From: the human T2T-CHM13v2.0 reference genome, Homo sapiens
Strand: one strand, 5' to 3'
Assembly: GCF_009914755.1 (NCBI RefSeq)
Contig: NC_060940.1
Length of the DNA: 64,000 bases
The first letter of the stretch is position 1, and each line of letters starts with the position of its first letter. The translations under genes and the position numbers were made by a program. Below are positions 29,230 through 43,000 of the stretch, piece by piece. Below the pieces are notes generated by a model that worked only from the letters and a program-made list of their open reading frames with translations, had not been told where the DNA came from and made no database searches.

Positions 29230-31265
29230 AGACAAGAAGTGGAAGCAGAAAGGTTGCAGTTCTGTTCACCAAACGCAACTGAAAACCTGGATAGAATGCA
29301 TGGAACTAAGTGAGGACTCCAAAAAGTAAACAGTAGCTAGCACATTGGAGAAGGAAAAAGAACTTGAACTATATGTTTTCCAGTGTAACACTTCCTGAAT
29401 TTTCTTCCTTCTGATTCTCCAGGCCTGACCTCAAGCACAACCCAAATTCTCGAACCTCATATAAAGTGTGAACCTAAGATACTTAAGAGAAGCCACTAAT
29501 TTCTGGTTCAGAGTGAAAATAAGGGCACCTACAAAACAGGGAGAGTGAGGTAAATTCCCGAATTTTTTGTTTATGGTTTTCTCTTCCTGTCCCATTCCAG
29601 TTCCCAGGCAATCCCCAGTCCCAAAGCTGTAATCCCATAGCCATTGAGAGGCAGGAGGACAGGGGCAAGGCAGAAATGTTGGTGGTTGCCAGCAAATACC
29701 TAAAGTTCTGAGGGAGGGTAAGTACCACCTGAACAAGATAGAGGGGCTCACTGTTGCATTCAGCCTTTCTCTGTCTTCCTTCCATTTGACCACAGAGACA
29801 GACCCCTTTGTTGGAACTGTGCAACAGAGCAGGGAGACTAAAATCTCAGCTTTTTAGCTGGAGGACCAAGATGCAAAAATCTGGGGAGCCAGACAGTGTC
29901 AGAAAGATTGAAGACAGGAGGCAGCTTGAGAAATGAATCCATAGTCATATGTGAATTTTGGGCTCACTCACAAGCTGTGCATGCATGGATATGACTCTGA
30001 ACAGCATATCTGAGGCTTTCAGAATTGAACCACAGAGCAAATGTTCCCCAGAGTTATGCACATTGGAAGAAATCTAGGCAGCACTGGAAAAGCTTTGAAA
30101 CCAAACTGACATGGGAAACACAGCCCATTAAAGATTAGCTATAGCCTGAATGCAACTGAGTTGATTGTCTTGCTTTAAAAAAGAAAAAAATCCATAATAT
30201 TAAAACAAGAGCAATAGTTATAACACAATACTCAAAATTCTTAGGCTATAATCCAAAATTATTTCCCATAGGAAAAAAAATCTCAACAACTTGCAAAGGA
30301 AAAGAAAATCAACAGACAGCATACAAGATAACAAAGATGTTGAAATTATCAGACAAAGACTTTAAAGCAGTTGTTATAATCATACTCAGGAAGTAAGGGC
30401 AAATGCTCTTGAAACAAGGGAAATATAGAAAGTCTCAGTAGAAAAATAAAAGCTATAAAAATAATGGAGAGGAATATTATAAATAAAAACAATAATAACC
30501 AAAACAAAAATTTCACTTGATGCGTACAAAGTAATTTCCAGAGGAAAGAGTCAGTAAACTTGAAGATAGATCAGTACAGAGTATCTAACCTGAAAAATGG
30601 AGAAGAAAAATGAAGAAAAAAACAGAATAGAGCCTAAGGAAACTATGAGAAAAGACCCCAAAATTTAACTTCTGCATTGCTGGAGTATCAGATGGAGAGG
30701 AGAAGGAGTGTGGTACAGAAAAAATATTTGAATAAATAATATCTAAAAATTTTCTAATTTGGCAAATGATATAAATTTGCATATTCAAAAAACCCCAGTC
30801 CAGTGAACTCAAAACAGAAAAAAACAAAGAAATGCATGCAAAGACACATTATAATCAAACTGATGAGAACAAAAGACAATAGAAAAAAATATCGAAAGCT
30901 GCCAAAAATAAATAAATAAATAAAATAAAGATGAATGTTACCTATAGGATAACAACAATTCAAATTACTGCTGACTTGTCATAATGAACCATGGAGGCTT
31001 TAAAGTAGTGGAACATTTTTTAAATGCTGAAAGCAAAACAGATTCTGCCAACAACAACAACATACCCTGCCAACTCAAAGTTCTGTATACAGCAACTATC
31101 TTTCAGGAATGAAGTTGAAATGAAAATATTCTCAGATAAAAGAAAACAAATAGAATCTATGACCAGCATTAGGAGTGAAAGAAGACTAACAGAAATGGTA
31201 AACATCTGGGTAAATTTAACAGTTTATTTTTCTCATCTTAAGTTCTTTAAAATACGTATGGTGTA
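29230..31265 (+). mobile_element. Old L1 (L1M4/L1MC-ME-like) 5'UTR and ORF1 remnant
   Basis: GATGTTGAAATTATCAGACAAAGACTTTAAAGCAG, CTTGAAGATAGATCAG and ACTATCTTTCAGGAATGAAG...TTCTCAGATAAA are old L1 ORF1 hallmarks. Confidence 0.7.
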
Positions 31266-31267
31266 AA

Positions 31268-31471
31268 GGTATCTATATCTTCTTGGGTATGTTTTGCTTG
31301 TTTGTGGCTTTAGAGGAATCAGTTCATTTTATTTAAGATATTAAATTTACATGCATAAATATCCATTTAATGTTTGTGGGGCCTATCGTGACATCTTCTT
31401 TCTCATTCTTCTTACTGGTAATTTGTGTCTTCTTGGGTTTTCATTTGCTAGTCTTGTTAGATGTTTTTCAA
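31268..31471 (-). mobile_element. Inverted L1 ORF2 fragment
   Basis: TTTCTCATTCTTCTTACTGGTAATTTGTGTCTTC...GCTAGTCTTGTTAGA is antisense old L1 ORF2. Confidence 0.6.
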
Positions 31472-32960
<1,489 letters not shown>

Positions 32961-33959
32961 ATTGTTTAAAGTAGAGGTTAATATCATTTAGGTTGGGGGA
33001 CTAGTGATTGGCTTTATGTCAGAGATGACGTTTGCCTAGAAATTAAACAAGGATGCCCAGGATTGGAGTGTTTGAGGAGAACAAAGAGTTTCTGGTTGAC
33101 TGACTAACACAAAAGGTGTTAAGACAAGGCATAATATATTTGGATAAGGGGAAATAAAATTGCTTCCATTATCATAGGAAATAGTAGCAAGGAAAAGAAA
33201 AGTAGTGGATCATAATTTTGAAGAAAGTTAGAAGCCAGATTAAAGCACAGAACAGAAGGTACCACAGTAGGTCCTGGTTCCCAAGAATGTTTCCCCCATA
33301 GCCCCCCAAATGGATAAAAATACATGACCTTCTCCAGTTTACATCACCATATTGGATTGAATGCGCCGTCCCCCTCCCCACTCAAATCACTAAAATAATT
33401 ATAATTTCCACAAACATAAAATGTAACTCAGTAAGGGAGACTCACTGCAGGCTGTCACGTGGTTTAAAGGCTCTTGTGCTGTTCATAATGCCCCCCATAC
33501 ACTTTTAGTCTCATTCAGAAAAGCATCTTGGAATTTTAGTGACAGTGATGCTATAAGGATAACCTTCAGTCTATCATAGGTTATTAAAAATTAATAATTT
33601 ACCAAAAATTGCAAACTTTAGCACTTTAGTTAATTTGACTATTTTTTCTTAATAAATTACTTGCAACACTATATTAGGTTATTGAAACCTTAGAATAAAT
33701 TTTTACTGTCATTTCAGTAGGCCCTGAAGAAACATGGCATCATCTCCTGTGTTACTGTGGAGCTTATTTCATCACTCAACTCTGTTGGTATTAAGTGGTG
33801 AATAAAGTAGACAAGATACTAATCCTTATGGAGCTCTGTGTCTAGTGAACATGAAAAAGATATATGAATGAAACATGGTTAAGGAAAGACACGGTTAGAG
33901 AATTGAAGGAAAGATAGAAACCCATGCTGCCAGGAGGTAATTTGTATGTGGATGGAAAA

Positions 33960-34490
33960 ATTGGTCAAGACTCTTTTTGGTTGCAAATTATAGAAACAGA
34001 ACTCAAACTGGCTTATGCATGAGAGGGCTATCATTGGGTCATGTGACTGAAAATCCAGGGCTGCTAAGCAGGGCTAAGTATGTCTTATCAGCAATCCAGC
34101 TCCACCTGTGCACTTTGCTTTCTCCAAGTGACTATTCTCAGACTGCCTTATTCCACACAGTGTCAGGATGGCCACTAGCAGTCTTATACTTACCCCATAA
34201 TCCCAGAAGAAAGAGAGCTTACCTTTTTCACCTTTTCCAGAAATCACAGGGCACATCTTTATTGTCTCAGATTGGCCCATAAATCATGTAACCATCTCTG
34301 GATCAATTTCAGAAACACAGAAATGATGATGGGTTGAGTGGCCAAAGCCAGGCCATATATTCAACAATGGAGCCAGAATCTAGGGTCATTCAAATTTGAA
34401 CTGATAGTTGGGAGTGCGAGATTGTTCAGCCTAAATGTAGCTACTGTATTTGGATGGAGAGGGAATAGCTGATGGCAGGAAAAGCAATGA
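33960..34490 (-). mobile_element. Old MaLR LTR (MLT1K-O-like)
   Basis: GGTCAAGACTCTTTTTGGTTGCAAATTATAGAAACAGAACTCAAACTGGCTTA. Confidence 0.6.
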
Positions 34491-35942
34491 AAATAGAGTT
34501 TTCCTGAATGGGATTAATATGGGAAGTAAGCTCAGCCCACTCTAGATCCATTAATAAGATTCCAGAAAAACTCTAAGATGGGAGAGCTCTAATTCAAAAG
34601 TCTGCCCTCCACAGGTACTCACGTTATGAAATCTGTTCCTTCTTCTGACGCTTATTTCACTTAGGAGTTGGGATCTTTTCTGTTGTGTCTCAGAACTTCA
34701 GGGTTAAGACCCTTCCTGGGTGATGGATAAAGGAAGTCATTGTCCAGATGAAAGACTCATGAACTTGGAGACAGGTGATTGCACATGAATCCTAAATATC
34801 CCTACTTTCCTGGCTCTCAGCCCCTCATCATGACAATGCAACTGGTGTGGGAATCAAATGAGCCCGTGTTTCATGTCAGATTCTAGAGGAAGACATTATT
34901 ATTGTTGGCTTCTCATATGTTAGTCTTGCATTATCAGCTTTACTGCATACTCCTTAAGGGAGGAGAATGATTTCTCACCCTGTTTGGTATCCCAAAAAGC
35001 CTATCACAAGCCTTTGTAGGTTCTTTGTATTCACACAGTAAGTTCTTCCTAATTGCTTATGAAGTGAGTAAATCAGTGAGTTAGTGAAGGAAAGAGGGAA
35101 TGACTTTGGGCTTAGAAGCCAATACAAATTTCTCAAATGATTTATTTTATCATGATCACATTTTTAACATCAATGAGCAAAGATAAAAGCCTAATTCTCT
35201 GACCTCTGGAAATATTATGTGTAGTTCTGGGCATACCTTTAAAAGACATAAAGAAGCTAGGGGAAGTGAGGGGGAGGACATCGAAAATGATCAAGGAGGT
35301 GGAGACAGAGATGCCATTCAAGGATAGATCAAAATGAGCCACTTTGTTCTGGAAATATAAAGGCTAAGAAAGAAATGATCAAAGTCTCTGAGCTCCTGGA
35401 GGGGATAGATGGGGTGGAGATTTCCTCTGCCTCTCCCTCCACCCAGTGTCCCTTAATGCTCACATCACAGGCAGAATTTGGGGATTAACTCAATGGGGTC
35501 TTTCTCATGACTTTCTCATGCAAATTGAGAGCCATTTTTGAATGATCCATTTTCAAATTCACCTTAGGAATGAAGCCATTGAAGCAACTTGGACGTCGGG
35601 AATTCACTGAAGACCAGACTAAAGAGGGGCTTGTTCTAATAGAAATTCATCTAAAAAGTTGGAGATTCTGTAGAAGATCTGATGAAGAGGGCCAATCACT
35701 GAGGAAAAATGGATAGCATCCTAAAACAGTGGGTAGTAAGGGAACCGGTATGTCTGATCTTTTAAAGGAAAGAGCAATTAAAGAAATCCTTACAGATTCC
35801 TCCTGGCTGAATTGTAGGCTCAATTTCTTTAGAGTATCTTCTGCTCCCATCAAGCTTGCTGACACCTGTCTCTCTGAATCATACTATTGTACTAAGAACA
35901 GAGATTCAACATCAGATTAGAGTTTAAACACTGGTTTCTGCA

Positions 35943-36480
35943 ATAGTTAGGAGTCATTGTGTCACAAGTGATAGATAATCTAATTCAAATTGGCTTAAGC
36001 ATAAAAAGAATTTTTGATTCAAGTTCATGCAATTGTAAAGATGAAACAGGACTCTAACAAATATCATCAAATCAAAATATCTCTTTATTCTTTCTCTCTC
36101 TGTGACTGTCTGTCTCTAACTTCCACCCTAAGATAAACTCTGATTCCTTCTTTGTTTAGCCCACAGAAGCTCACGGATTACTCCTGTGTTGCCTAACAAC
36201 TCCAAGGAAATTAGAACTCCTTTCCAGGAACTCTCATGCAAGTCCTGGGATTCAGTATCATGGGATCAACTAGGTCACATGTCCCTCACTGTGGTTAGCA
36301 GGAAGAAAAAACCCAGCTGGCTAAACCGGAGCCACAAGCTCATTCTTGAAGCTGAGGGAGTGCGGCCACCCCCATTTGAATCATATGGACTGATGGGGAG
36401 ATCCCCAAAGAAAACTTAAAGAACTATTAGCAGAAGAAGAGAAAAACGAAAGTACGTCAGCTAAAATAGCAAAGGTACAT
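35943..36480 (-). mobile_element. Old MaLR LTR (MLT1K-O-like)
   Basis: AGTTAGGAGTC...CACAAGTGATAGATAATCTAATTCAAATTGGCTTAAGC...CTAGGTCACATGTCC. Confidence 0.55.
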
Positions 36481-36959
36481 TTCAGTTGATGAACACGCCC
36501 AGCATCTCTGAAAAGCATTTTGCCAAGTACCTATACAACTCCTATGCATCTCTGTAAGCCTCGCTCAAGAGGCCCTCCCCCAAAAAGCACCCCTATCATC
36601 ACCCTTCAACTTTCTCCTTGCTCTGAATTCCAATGGCACACAATTTGGCAGCCTGTCTTCTCTCTCCCAGAGAGGTCTTCAGAGATGAGGACCATATATC
36701 ACCCTCCTCTTATACTGTCTGTCCAAAGCAATGTCAGCTGGAACAAATCAGAACACATAATGTGCACCTGGAAAACAAGCCTCTTTCTAAACAGGGAGGT
36801 GAATTTCAACTCAAACTGAGGACAGGCTTTCCAATATGCAGAGCTTCCTAGCAAATGTGAGACAAGGACTGGACCTCTCTGATTAGGGAGGCACCAGAGG
36901 AGACTTATGCTCCATCAGGAGAGTACCTGAGCCAGATGAATTTAAAGTTTTGTCTTAAA

Positions 36960-37350
36960 CCTTGTCCTACTGAAACAGAGGCAGATTTGGAGAGTGCTCT
37001 TGGGAGATACACCTGTAGAGACATAAGGAAGATTAGATTAAACAGAAGGAAAAGCTGACCCACAAGGAAGCTTCAGCTGAGGATGCAGCCAATCCTAAAG
37101 GCAGTTCTGGAACCAGGATGGCTCTTCAGAGTTGTTACAAATTGAGACAAGGTGCTGGTATTTTGCATCAGCCAGTAATTGGCTGTGAGCTCTCCTATGG
37201 GCGGGTAAGGCAGTTCCCCACTCCCAAGGGCAACTTCCAGGGAGGGATGCAGCTGTGAGCCCATGCACCTGACATTCCCAGCAATGGGGAATGGATATGT
37301 TGCTCTTGAGGAGTGGATGTGGATGGAGCATCCAGCAGCCATTACCTGTT
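36960..37350. mobile_element. ERVL LTR (LTR16A/B-like)
   Basis: GAGTGCTCTTGGGAGATACACCTGT...CAGCCAATCCTAAAGGCAGTTCTGGAACCAGGATGGCTCTTCAGAGTTGT. Confidence 0.6.
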
Positions 37351-37761
37351 CCATCTAACCTAAGATATTTTGAGATGCCCACTTGTTTTTGAGACTTAAT
37401 GAGAATTATTTGGCATTCTCTATCTCTGAACTGCTCATGCCAAATCTTAGTACCCGATATAAGTGGAGTCTGGTTGCATGATCAGTTGCTCAGATCAAAG
37501 TGGGAAAAATAAGAAAATAAATAGAAATTTGGATTTGATCACTTTCCCTAGAAGTTATTTCCATTAACAATAAATCCTTCCTATATGGCTTAACTTCGTG
37601 CTAACGGCTCTCCCAGCCTCCCTAGCAACCCCACCTCCCATTTAACTAGCAAGACATAACCATGAGAGCAACTTTTTAGATATTGAGAGGCTTTGGTACA
37701 GACATCTTGATCATTACTAGAGGCCCTGCCCAGCCAGAGAACCCACACTGTCCTCTGAGAC

Positions 37762-37950
37762 CGAGTGGTGTGACATGCAAGTAAATGTTCCACAGCAGGC
37801 TCTGGCCAGGGGAGGGCATTATTTGTAGCATTCACCTATTTCTGTGGTGTAAATACTCCCACTGTGGCCAATTTCAAGCTACCAAAGTGTCATTACTGAA
37901 TACAGAGTTGGAAAAATGTGCACACAATCATTTCTTGCAGGTCTAGGCTT
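37762..37950. mobile_element. MER63-like hAT-Blackjack element
   Basis: TTTGTAGCATTCACCTATTTCTGTGGTGTAAATACTCCCACTGTGGCCAATTTCAAGCTACCAA. Confidence 0.7.
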
Positions 37951-38290
37951 GGATTGGATTAACTCCAAGATAAGTTTTCCCAGAAAAAATGGTTAAAATG
38001 CTATGGTATGATTTTTGAAATTTGCCCAAATCTATGGCTGAGAAAAGCATTAGAAAAGATTTGCATTGGGTGAAGATAAAACTGAGAGCTAACTTCACCC
38101 AGCCCTAGCCAAATCTTCAAGTATTACAGTGATAGTTATATATGCAGGTTAACTTCCTGAAAATGCCTGTCGAAGCTAATTTATTTTCTCTAGGGCTTCA
38201 GCCCCATCCTTGGGTGAAGTCACATAGGCTTATAGAAAGCTCTTATGACTCTGTCAGCTCTCTGCCTCCCACTCTCCTTCCTGAACTTGA

Positions 38291-38527
<237 letters not shown>

Positions 38528-39594
38528 TGACTATCTGCTAGATTCTCAATCACATTATTTTCTCCTGGGTCTTTCAGGTCTTTCGTGGTTCTACACCCTG
38601 CCATTCTTAGAACAAGCTGGTGACTTGGTCCTTCATTTATTCATTTAAAGGACCACTGAAAAATACCAGGAGAAGGCCTGATTCAGCCCTCTCTGCTGGG
38701 GCATGTTTGAGGAGCTTTGGAAAGGAGCAGTATGGATGTCTTCTGTGAAGTCATTTCCAGAAGGCTGAGATGTGCCACGAAGACATTCCTTTCACTCTCT
38801 CTCCCCTGATTTATTTTAATACCCTCTGATGGGAAATCCCTCCACACTTCCCAGGTCAGGTTGGTCTCACCTTCCTCAAGACCCTGGGCACAGACCAGAA
38901 GAGGCATGTCGCTGCCTACATGTCTCTTCTACCCTTTGAGAAGGAAGGACGGCTGTACTTCCTCCTCACTTCACATGTCCAGCAGCCCTCACCACAAGGC
39001 TGGGAATGTGTCCTGGAGTGGAGCTCTTCCTCCCAGATGCAGGACCCTTGTGATCAGAAATAATGTAGGCTCCTGGGAGAAAGTCCACTTTCACTCATCC
39101 TCAAACCTGGCTCGACACTCAACAACAGCCAGACAGTGACCACCATGCTGGGACATGAGAACATCTAGGATTGCTCACTGCCATCTTCCCCTGCAGCACA
39201 GCCAGACTTCTCTGCCTCTGGGTATTGGCTGAGTTCTTCCTGAGGACCAGGAGAATAGCCGGAGACCCCAAAGGCTTTTTTCCTTTATTCTATGATTACC
39301 ATAAAACAGAACCATTCTTATCTTTTGTGGGTTGGTGCAGATGGTGGTGAATTTATGTTTCTTCTTTTCACCTTTGTTCATTATGACCTGAAAATGACTT
39401 GAACGTGGAGCACCCAGGAAACTTGTCATCCCAGTCACAAGCAGTTACTGGCACAAGCACAGCCATGCTGGAGACATGGAGAGAGTATCCAGAGGAGGGG
39501 CTTGGGTCCCACATGGCAGGGCTGCAAGGGAGTCATTCAGGAGGGATTGGAGAGAGGACACCAGGGTTTCAAATTTGCAGGACTTCATAGGTGA

Positions 39595-39795
39595 GAGACT
39601 GCAAACCAGTGGCCTATAGGCTAGATCCAGCCCTTACATACATTCAGTCGATTCATCCCGTGTTTCTCTTTTGATTGAAATTCTTGCCAAATTTTAAAAA
39701 TCAAAGGATTGCCTATAAATATCCAATTTCCTCTTTCTCTTGAAAAGTCACATCTGGTAATGCTGCAGGTATATTCTCTCACAGCAACAATGGTT
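39595..39795. mobile_element. MER102-like hAT fragment
   Basis: TGCAAACCAGTGGCCTATAGGCTAGATCC...TCTCTTGAAAAGTCACATCTGGTAA. Confidence 0.55.
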
Positions 39796-40410
39796 AAAAC
39801 TAGGAAACTGCTGCCTGCTTTATACAGAGCAAGAGCTCTTGGCTTCACCATGCCCCATCAGGCCCACCTTAACCATTTGTAAGTGCTGTGTTTTATGTTT
39901 GCCACCCTCACACTGGGCCTTAAAGTCAGTTTTTTTGTTTTGATTTGTCTTTGTTGTTGTTGTTGTTGTTGTTTTGATTTTTCTTCCATAGCTTCTGTCT
40001 CCTCTTCACTCCATACCTCTACATTTTTCCCCTTGGTCCTTTCTGAGATCTCTTCCTGCCTATCTCACTGCTATCCAAGGTCAAAGCATCCAAGTTCTGG
40101 GCTGGGCACAGTCAAGCAGACCTTCTCTCCCTGGTGGCTGATGGCTGCAAGTGGCAATCAGAAATAATACAATCTATGGAACCGAACTGGGTTTTAAATT
40201 CCAGCTCCCCCCCGTCAACTTCTCAGTCCCGATCTATAAAATGGAAGTACAAATCTCTAAGTCTATGGACCTTCACTTTATCTCTTCCTCTTAGAATCCT
40301 ACCCATCTTCAAAACCCAGATCAGAGCCCATATTGTGTTGAAAGGTTTTCCCTTTGGGCCTTATTCTTCATATCCAGTCTTTTGTTGTAACAAAATATGT
40401 CTCTTTAGAG

Positions 40411-40735
40411 CAGAGGTCATCAAACTCTTTCTGTAAAGTATTTTAGGAGTTGTGAGCCATTTGGTCTCCATCCCAGCTGCTCAGTTTTACTGTTGAAACA
40501 CAAAAGCAGCCATAGACAGTATGTAAACAAATCACAGGGGCTGTGTGCCAATAAAACTTTATGGACCCTGAAATTTGAATTTCATATCATTTTCACTTAT
40601 CACAAGATAACATTCTCTTTTTATTATTTTTCAACCATTTAAAAATATGAAAACCATTCTTAGTTCATAGGCTATACAAAAACAGGAAGGCAGTAGGCCA
40701 GATTTGGTTCATGGGCCTTAATTAGCCAACCCCTG
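40411..40735. mobile_element. MER58B-like hAT-Charlie element
   Basis: CAGAGGTCATCAAACTCTTTCTGTAAAG...AGCAGCCATAGACA...CCAATAAAACTTTAT...GCCAACCCCTG. Confidence 0.85.
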
Positions 40736-40797
40736 TCCCAGAGAGTAATTGCTTGTAATTGTTCCTTCTCTTCTCCCTGCTCCCCATCCATCCCTCT

Positions 40798-41005
40798 CTC
40801 TCTTCCTTCCTCTTTCTCTCCTTTTTTCTTCTCTCATGTACTCTGCCTTGCTCTCTCCCCTACCTCCATCTCCCCATCCCAACTCTCTCTTTCCCTCCCT
40901 CTCTTCCTTCCTCTTTCTCTCCTTTTTTCTTCTCTCATGTACTCTGCCTTGCTCTCTCCCCTACCTCCATCTCCCCATCCCAACTTTCTCTCTTTCCCTC
41001 CCTCT
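40798..41005. repeat. 101-bp tandem duplication in a polypyrimidine tract
   Basis: Marker ATGTA occurs at 40836 and 40937; the copies are identical apart from a 2-bp insertion. Confidence 0.95.
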
Positions 41006-41814
41006 CCCTCTTCTACTAGGTTTTGAGCTCCTCAAGGACAGGCACATTTTCACTTCTCCACCACCCAGGCTCAGCGCAAGAAATGCTTTCCCCAGAATAA
41101 TTCACATAATTATCTCTCTGCTTTAGGATACTGCTACCAACTTCAGGCTAGTGTTCGGATCTTGCCATTGCCTTTATGTCTTGAGTGGATTCATGGGAAG
41201 CACAAATTCTAATAGAGAAAACATGTTTTTTATGAAATGTCATTTTCTCATTAACACTAGAAGTAGAAGAAAACATTGCCAACTGCTTTGAGAGTTGGGG
41301 GGAAGTTTGCTCTGAACCCTTCAGATGACTAAACCTATGAAGACTCCAAAGTCATGATGCCACATTTCTAAAATGCTGTCTAGCCCACAACCTGGAAAGC
41401 CTTTGTTATAGATCTGTTCCCTCCAGCTCTCCCCGCAGCCCTGAATGGGCAAAGATTGTCATCCTATTTTTACAGCTGAGGAATCACTGCTGAGAGAGGT
41501 TAAATAACTTTCTCAGAGGCTCAGCATGCCAAGGAGAGAAAGCAGGTTGTCTATGCAATTTTTCCTCTCCTAGGGCTAAAGAGTTAGAAGTTCATCCAAG
41601 ACTGCAAGCAATTAAGTTGGGCTTTGTTTGCTGAGTCTGGGGCAGACAGCCTGCTCTGCCAGGGTGATATTTTATCATACATAAATTCTTCTCCACCCTA
41701 GGGTTGTGTTTGGCATTTCCCTGGGTCTTCAGAACACAGTTGCACATACTTTCTGTATCAGCACAGAGTTTTAAAAAATTATCAAATCATCTACTGCATT
41801 CTGATTGCACTATC

Positions 41815-42340
41815 ACTGCCATGACAGAAATATGTTGTTTTTCCTTTCCTATCATTGATCTTCCCTTTTCTGATGACACCACCTCAGATTTCTTCTGAAG
41901 AAACAACCCCTTCTTCAGGCTTAGTCCATTGGTTCATGTGAGGTCTCATCTTTCAGTTTCAAAAGAGATGCATAGCTCAGTCCTGATCAATCAGAATATT
42001 TCATCTCCCTAGGCCTGGAAATTAGTTCAGGAATGGAGATGTGACTCAATCAGGTAAATGAGATAAGAGTCCCTTGGTTTTGTGGGAACTATTGACAAGG
42101 AGAACCCATCTGTACTATGGCTGCTTAGCTAGGAGGGCATAAGGCTGGTGTCACCTGGAGAAAAGGCCTGCAGGAGAGTAAGTCTAACACAGAAGAGAGC
42201 AAAGCTGTGGCACGGGGAGCAGAGAAGTCGAACACATCACTTGAGCTTCAGGACCCATTTGTGCCTGATGCCAAACTCTCAGCTTCTTGGGCTAATAAAT
42301 CTCCTCTGGGTTCTTTGTTCAGTCTGTGTGAGATTTGAAA
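41815..42340 (+). mobile_element. Old ERVL LTR (LTR33/LTR41-like)
   Basis: GGCTTAGTCCATTGG...GTGACTCAATCAGG...AATAAATCTCC. Confidence 0.5.
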
Positions 42341-42849
42341 GCCTCATACCCCTTATTTTCTCCTAAGCCTGTTGCCATCTTTTCCCACTCCCTGTTCATT
42401 GGACTTCTATGCCTTGGATTCTCCCTAAGAGTACTTCCAAATTCAGTCTAGACTTCAAGACTCAGGTCAGATCCCAGGAACCACTCTCACACCATGGATC
42501 CAAAAAAGGATCTGTCTCTCTCTGAATTTTCAATTATGACTAGGGTGGGTGATCACATGGAGATGAACATAGGTTGGTGGACTCAGGGAATCTTTGGGAA
42601 ATTGTGCAAACGGGACTTGCAGATGGTTTGGATGATGGATTATACACATAGGAGACTGTCCTTGGTGACCAGCGTGTTTTGAGCTGGTCATGTTCAGTTT
42701 ACTATCTTCTCCCACCACTTTCCTCTGTTCAAATTACTACAAAATCAGACACATGATATGTATTAAGGAAACCTCAATTCTCTTCTCATTAGCCTATGAA
42801 AATTTCACACACTGGGTTTTCTCATGGATATAATACCATGATAATAATG

Positions 42850-43000
42850 CAAATACTAATGCCTTAGCTTCCCTTCTGAAATAATGAAAATACTAAAATT
42901 GTTCATTAAAAGTGACTATTGAGTTAAGACATATGCTTAGAACAGTGCCTAGCACACAGTAAGTGTCTAATAAATGCTACCTATCTATTATTACCATTCA
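42850..43000 (+). mobile_element. MIR SINE 3' part
   Basis: GCTTAGAACAGTGCCTAGCACACAGTAAGTGTCTAATAAATGCTACCTAT. Confidence 0.75.

Noticed and set aside
40749-41126. Leu/Ser/Pro/Phe-rich ORFs with an internal repeat
   Set aside because: Translation artefact of the duplicated polypyrimidine tract.
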